Shown here one piece after another: positions 58,654 through 64,000 of a stretch of 64,000 nt of DNA. The DNA is from an uncultured Planctomycetaceae bacterium (GTDB lineage Bacteria; Planctomycetota; Planctomycetia; Pirellulales; PALSA-1355). The stretch is from positions 2,144,001 through 2,208,000 of the forward strand of contig CAWAUV010000007.1 in assembly GCA_963785305.1 (NCBI GenBank), given 5' to 3'. The notes below the pieces were generated by a model. That model saw only the letters and a program-made list of their open reading frames with translations, had not been told where the DNA came from and did no database searches. The position numbers were made by a program, and so were the translations under genes. Within the stretch, counting starts at the first letter, position 1; each line of letters begins with the position of its first letter.

Positions 58654-60471
58654 TCACAGCTCAATGGCCCGAAATGCTCGCAGTCCGCGGCGCATCGGCA
58701 GCCAAGTGGCGAAAGCTCCCAGGGCGCTGGCGAGGAACACGCCGCCCAGCAGCATTCCATTGACGAAGGCGGACGCGTTCTCGCCGCGCGATTCGGCGCC
58801 GACCGTGTAGATCAGATAATAGTGGCAGGGCAGCGCGGTGAGCAGCACGACCGCCACGATATAGATCGCGCTGAGCACCAGATTCAAGGTGCCTCCGAAG
58901 CCGGCCGCGATTTTCGAGGGGCTGGTCTCATGCAGGCTCGGCATCATGGCCCCCATGCCCACGGCGATGCCGGAGAGTCCCAGGCACAGCACCACGCAGG
59001 TAAGCTGGTGTAGGAGCAGCACCTTCCACCAGATTTGCAGCATTAGATCGCTCAGCAAGATCAGGAGGGTGCAGGGAATCATCGAGCCGAGCGCGGCGAA
59101 CAGAAACTTGCTCCACAAGATCGCGTCGCGATCGACCGGCAACAGTCCCAGAATCCAGAAGCGGCGCCCCTCGAGGCTGATCATCGGAAAGATGAAGCGC
59201 GTGGTGAAGGTCGAGAGAATGAGCCCGACCACGGCCAGATTCAAAAAGCTGATCATATTGACCCAGCCGACGACGTTGACATCGTTGCTGAAACGGCGAA
59301 TGTTCATGAAATAGAGCGACAAGAGCGCGAAGAAGATCAAGAACTGCGACCACTGCACCGGATCGCGGCGAAAGACCTTGAGATCCTTGACGATCAAGAG
59401 TCGCATCTGACGGCTGAGCGGCCACATGGCCCAGAGCAGAAAGCGGTCGAGCCAGAAGTCGCCCTTGGGCCGCGCCGCCGGACGATCGCCGGCCAACTCG
59501 CTATATGCGGCGCGATAGTGTTTCGACGCGGTATGCACCATCCACAGGTGGCACATCATGGCGTTCGAGATCAGCACCGAGAGAAACATCAGGCTCTCGG
59601 CCCAGGGACGCCGATCCGACACGCCGGCGTCTCGCGTCGCGGCTTCAAGCAGGCCCGAGCTGAGCCACCAACTGGGAAACAGTCGATGCTCGCTGAACTG
59701 CAGTCGGCCCAGCATCTCTTGAAACCAAGCCGCCGAAAACACATTGTTTTCCACGCTGGTCACCAAGGTCCAGCCAAGCACGATGGTCGCCACCAGCACC
59801 AGCAGCATCACCAGCGCCAGATGAAATGCGCACCCGCGGCATGTAGCGCACGATCAAGAGGCATAGCACCGCCCCCAGCGCGCCGGGATATAGACGAACG
59901 CCAGCATGAACGGGAACATGAGCGCGAAATAATGCCAAGGCGCCCGAGCCTCGACGCCATAGGCGATCAACATCGGGCTGCCCAGCAGCACGAAGCCCCA
60001 GCAGCTAAAAAAGATCGCTTCTTGGAATTTGTGCAACACGATCCGCGCCGCCCGCGCCGGCGTGGTCAAGAGAAACGACGCCTCGGGATTGGCGAACAGC
60101 CCGCTATAGAGAATGATCGCCGAACTCAAGAGCAGCATCGCCATGAGCGACACGAAGAACACGTTGTACACGGCCCGCACCGTCTCGGCCCGCGTGGCGA
60201 CATGCCCGATCTGGGCACTGAGAAAGTGGAAGCCTTCGTAGAAGAGGCAAAACAGGGCGATCCAGAAGAAGACACTGAGAAACACGAGCAACGAGACCCG
60301 CAACCGCGAGGTTTCGAGCACCTGCTTGACCGAGGCGGTCACCATCCACACGCGCATGCGCCAGAATGCCTGAGCCTCGGCGTCGACCGTGATCTCGTGC
60401 GGCGCCGAAAACGTCGCGGCGCCGGGGCCCTCGCTTGGCGATTCGGTCGAACGTGCATCGGGACCGTGCAT
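58654..60471 (-). CDS. putative ABC exporter permease (large, multi-TM); frameshifts near 59830-59880
   Basis: E..FLLT.P, PSWWLSSGL, KDLK.F.RDP.QWSQ, RFIFP.ISLEG..FW.L..LP, KIAAGFGGTL. Confidence 0.8.
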
Positions 60472-60523
60472 GGGCGGTGGTCTTCCCTAAAGGGCTTGAG
60501 GGACTATCCGAGAACTTCCGCGA

Positions 60524-60556
60524 CCCCTCGACCCCTCTTCCATGCGCGGAGAGGGG
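60524..60556. repeat. REP-like hairpin (CCCCTCTTCC...GGAGAGGGG)
   Basis: Imperfect inverted repeat. Similar hairpins occur at about 57148-57172 and 50377-50413. Confidence 0.4.
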
Positions 60557-60948
60557 AGCTGTCGGATAGGCGCTTATTCGGGCGTCGAACTCCAGCCGCC
60601 GCCTTTCAAGATTCATCATAGCCGCCCCGACCGCTTGTCCACAACGAGCGGTCGCCGCGGGGATCGTTCTCGCCGGCGCGGCCATCGCCCGAAGATAATG
60701 GCGGAAGTTCGTCGGGCCGAGGTTTCGCGCGCTCAAGATCACGCCGCGAGCGGCTTAAGCTTCACATCGTTTTCTAGCGATCCACTCATTCCGCGCTCGC
60801 CATTTCGAAACATTCGATTGCTAGTTTGACGACATCGTGTTCGCGCGATCCATGGGGCGTATCGCGCGACAAGGAACCGCCGAGAGTGATGGCGCATTTA
60901 CAACGGCGCGCGGCGGACAATCTCGGACTTTCGCGGCTTGACCCCGCC

Positions 60949-62711
60949 ATGGCATGCGTCGCTATCCTTGAGCAAGCCCTGCAAATGCATCGGACCGGAC
61001 GACGCGCCGAGGCCGAGGCGATGTATCGAAATATTCTAGACTCGCGGCCCGACGACGCGGACGCTTTGCACTACCTGGGTCTATCGGCCTATCAATCGGG
61101 CCGCTTCGAAGCCGCGCTCGACATGATGCGGCGTTCCGTGGCCTTGAGGCCCGACGCGCCGCATTTTCACGGCAACCTGGGAAACGCCTGTCGCGCGGCT
61201 GGCTTGTGGGCCGAGGCCATCGCCGCGTATCTCGAGGCGCTGCGCCGTAATCCGGCGGCGGCGAGCGCCCGCGTCAATCTTGGCAACACGCTGTGGGAGC
61301 TCGGCAAACCAGACGAAGCCCTGGCGCACTTCGAGCAAGCCTTGTCCCTGGCGCCGAGATGCGCCGAGGCGCATCTTGGCGCCGGCTTGGCGCTCCTGAG
61401 CGTCGGACGACTCGATGAGGCCCTGGCGGCGTTCGACGCCGCGATCCGCCTCGCTCCCGACCCGCGCCTCGCGCATGACAACCGTTTGTACACGCTCCTT
61501 TTTCACCCGGATTACGACGCGAGTCGAATTCACGAAGAACATCGCCGCTGGAACCAACAACACGGCGCGTCGTTGGGCCCACGGATTCAGCCGCATTCGG
61601 TCAAGCGCACCGCCAATCGTCGCTTGCGTATCGGCTATGTGTCGCCCGACTTTCGCGAGCATGTGGTCGGGCGCAATCTACTACCGCTTCTTCGCGAGCA
61701 CGACCACCAACAGTTCAAAATCGTTTGTTATTCCCTTACGACGCGCCGCGACGCGATGACCGAGCAATTCGCGAAATACGCCGACTCGTGGCACGACATC
61801 GTGGGCTTGGGCGACGATGCGATGGCCGAACGCGTTCGCGACGACCGCATCAACATCTTGGTCGACCTATCGTTGCACATGGCCGGCAACCGGCTGTCGG
61901 TCTTCGCGCGAAACCGGCGCCGGTGCAGGTTACATTCGCCGGTTATCCCGGCACGACCGGCCTATCGACCATCGACTACCGACTTACCGATATTCATCTC
62001 GATCCGCCGGGACGCGACGATCATCAATATTCGGAAGAATCGTTCCGCCTGCCCGCTACCTTTTGGTGCTACGATCCGCCGCCCGGCGATCCCGAGGTCG
62101 GCCCGCAACCGGCCTTCCAGGCTGGCCACGTCATGTTCGGCTGCCTGAACAACTTCCGCAAATTAAACGCCCCGCTCTTAAAGCTTTGGGCTCAAGTGCT
62201 GAAGTCCGTCGCTCGCTCGCGGTTGTTGGTGCTGGCTTCCGAAGGCCGCCACCGCGAGTGGATGCTGGACCTCATGGAACAGCAAGGCGTCGGGCGCGAT
62301 CGCGTGATTTTTGTCGCCAACCAACCCCGTCGGAAATATCTGGAGCTTTACAACCAGATCGACATCGGTCTCGACACGCTCCCTTACAACGGACACACGA
62401 CGAGCTTGGATTCCTTTTGGATGGGGGTTCCCGTGATTACGCTGGCCGGGCAAACCGTCGTGGGTCGGGCCGGCGTGAGCCAACTAAAGAATCTCGGACT
62501 GCCCGAATTGATCGTGCGTGCGCCGGAACAATTCGTGAGCATTGCCGCGGAACTGGCCAACGATTTGCCGCGATTGAGCGGGTTGCGCGCGACGCTGCGC
62601 GATCGAATGCGGATCTCGCCGTTGATGGATAGCGCTCGTTTTACTCGCGACATCGAAGCGGCGTACCGAAAAATGTGGAATCGCTGGCTCCACAAATCCG
62701 GGAAGCAATGA
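60949..62711 (+). CDS. TPR + GT41 O-GlcNAc transferase (SPINDLY-like); frameshift near 61912
   Basis: About 5 TPRs, RLRIGYVSPDFREHVVG, DLSLH..GNRL, KPAPVQ..F.GYPGTTGL..IDYRLTD, FG.LNN..K, DIGLDT.PYNGHTT..D..WMGVPV. Confidence 0.92.
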
Positions 62712-62936
62712 AATGAAATAGCAAACGGCGGACTCTCGACGAAAACAAACCATATCCCAATCATGCTCTAACTCGGAACCTGTATTGTTTCTTGTCTGCC
62801 CACGCGTTCAAGGTGGCTGGTCCGCCAGACCAACCACGAACGCTCCCGCCAAGCAACGGCGCCGCATCGCGGCGGAATCGTGCCGCCGCATGGATTGCCG
62901 CCGCCGTTCTTGGAAACCGAGCGAGGAACAAAATAC

Positions 62937-63986
62937 ATGTATTGCATGCGTTCGACGAATTTTAGCGTGAACCGATCGAGATCGGCTCCGCGGGCTTCGG
63001 GTTTCACCCTGGTGGAGTTGTTGGTGGTGATCGCCATCATTGGCGTCTTGGTCGCGTTGTTGCTGCCGGCCGTGCAAGCGGCGCGGGAGGCCGCGCGTTG
63101 CGCGTCTTGCTCGAACAACCTGAAGCAACTCGGACTCGGATTGTTAAATCATCACGACGCCAAGAAAATGTTCCCGCCCGGCCAGCGGCAGTATACCTAT
63201 GGTGGGCAAACCTGGGCTTGGTGCGCATTTATTCTTCCCTATATGGAAGAGAATGCGATCTATGAGCGACTCGTCTTCGAGATCCAGCCGAGTGCGCCTC
63301 CGAATTGCATGAACCCAACCCAAGGAACGGGCCCGACGCAAATGCCCATTCAGTCATTTATTTGTCCCAGCACATCATTCCTGATCTCGACCCGTGCCGG
63401 AAATTTCATTGGGGATTGCATGCCCAACGGAGCGCCCGACGGTCGCTGGGAAGAAGGCGAGGGGATGGCCGCATCGGATTACGGCGGCGTGGACGGGCCC
63501 GCCTCCGGCACGATCAATCCGCTCAGCGGTCAGCCTTATAACCACGACCACGGCGTGCTGCTTACCATCGCATCGCTTCAAACCGCGGTTCCGGGAATCT
63601 ACACGGCGCAGCAAATTCGCGCTCGCGATATTACCGACGGCACTTCGAAAACGATGGCGGTGGGCGAAATCACCGGGCGCGGATACAACGCCCCGGAATC
63701 GGAGCTCCGCGGTGTCTGGGCCGACGGCAACAACGTGTTCGCGGTGCAACTCACCCCGAATTCGCCGCAGCCGCCGCTTTATACATCGTTTCCGGCCCAA
63801 AATCCCAGTTTCACCACGCCGTGGGGCAACGACGAAATGCGATCCGACCATCCGGCCGGGGTCCAAGTGACGATGTGCGATGGTTCCGTCCAGTTCATTG
63901 GAGACGACATCGATCTGAACACTCTGTTAGCGCTTAGTTCCCGCGATGGAAACGAGACCATCACGAACGGCGTACTCGGAAACTAG
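62937..63986 (+). CDS. DUF1559 prepilin-type N-terminal cleavage/methylation protein with H-X9-DG motif
   Basis: GFTLVELLVVIAIIGVLVALLLPAVQAAREAAR..C.NNLKQ, ITDGTSKT...GE, SDHPAGVQVTMCDGSV. Confidence 0.95.
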   Translation: MYCMRSTNFSVNRSRSAPRASGFTLVELLVVIAIIGVLVALLLPAVQAAREAARCASCSNNLKQLGLGLLNHHDAKKMFPPGQRQYTYGGQTWAWCAFILPYMEENAIYERLVFEIQPSAPPNCMNPTQGTGPTQMPIQSFICPSTSFLISTRAGNFIGDCMPNGAPDGRWEEGEGMAASDYGGVDGPASGTINPLSGQPYNHDHGVLLTIASLQTAVPGIYTAQQIRARDITDGTSKTMAVGEITGRGYNAPESELRGVWADGNNVFAVQLTPNSPQPPLYTSFPAQNPSFTTPWGNDEMRSDHPAGVQVTMCDGSVQFIGDDIDLNTLLALSSRDGNETITNGVLGN

Positions 63987-64000
63987 GCGTTGTCACGGTT

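Overview
GC-rich bacterial DNA, almost certainly from a planctomycete (Pirellulales-like), judged by the DUF1553/DUF1501 pair, DUF1559 prepilin-like proteins and giant PEP-CTERM proteins. I found about 37 genes and no rRNA, tRNA, CRISPR array or transposase. Most long genes carry 1-bp indels. These look like long-read consensus errors, and most of those I could trace lie at GCGC sites. The strongest candidate for an undescribed system is a co-oriented minus-strand cluster at 42.4-51.6 kb. It encodes an EhpF-like adenylating enzyme, an EhpG-like aldehyde dehydrogenase/reductase, an Fe-alcohol dehydrogenase, an exported PQQ-type beta-propeller, a HemN-like radical SAM enzyme, an orphan GcvH-like lipoyl-domain carrier and a 2x[4Fe-4S] protein, possibly extending to an iron permease. 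No phenazine or glycine-cleavage genes are in the window. Other points of note: three 4-7 kb autotransporter-repeat/PEP-CTERM genes, two of them tandem with near-identical 5' ends; a GspE/PilB::DUF1559 deletion chimera; and several MITE/REP-like palindromes, one of which appears to truncate an RND adaptor gene. All family calls come from motif recognition and recalled family features, not from database searches.
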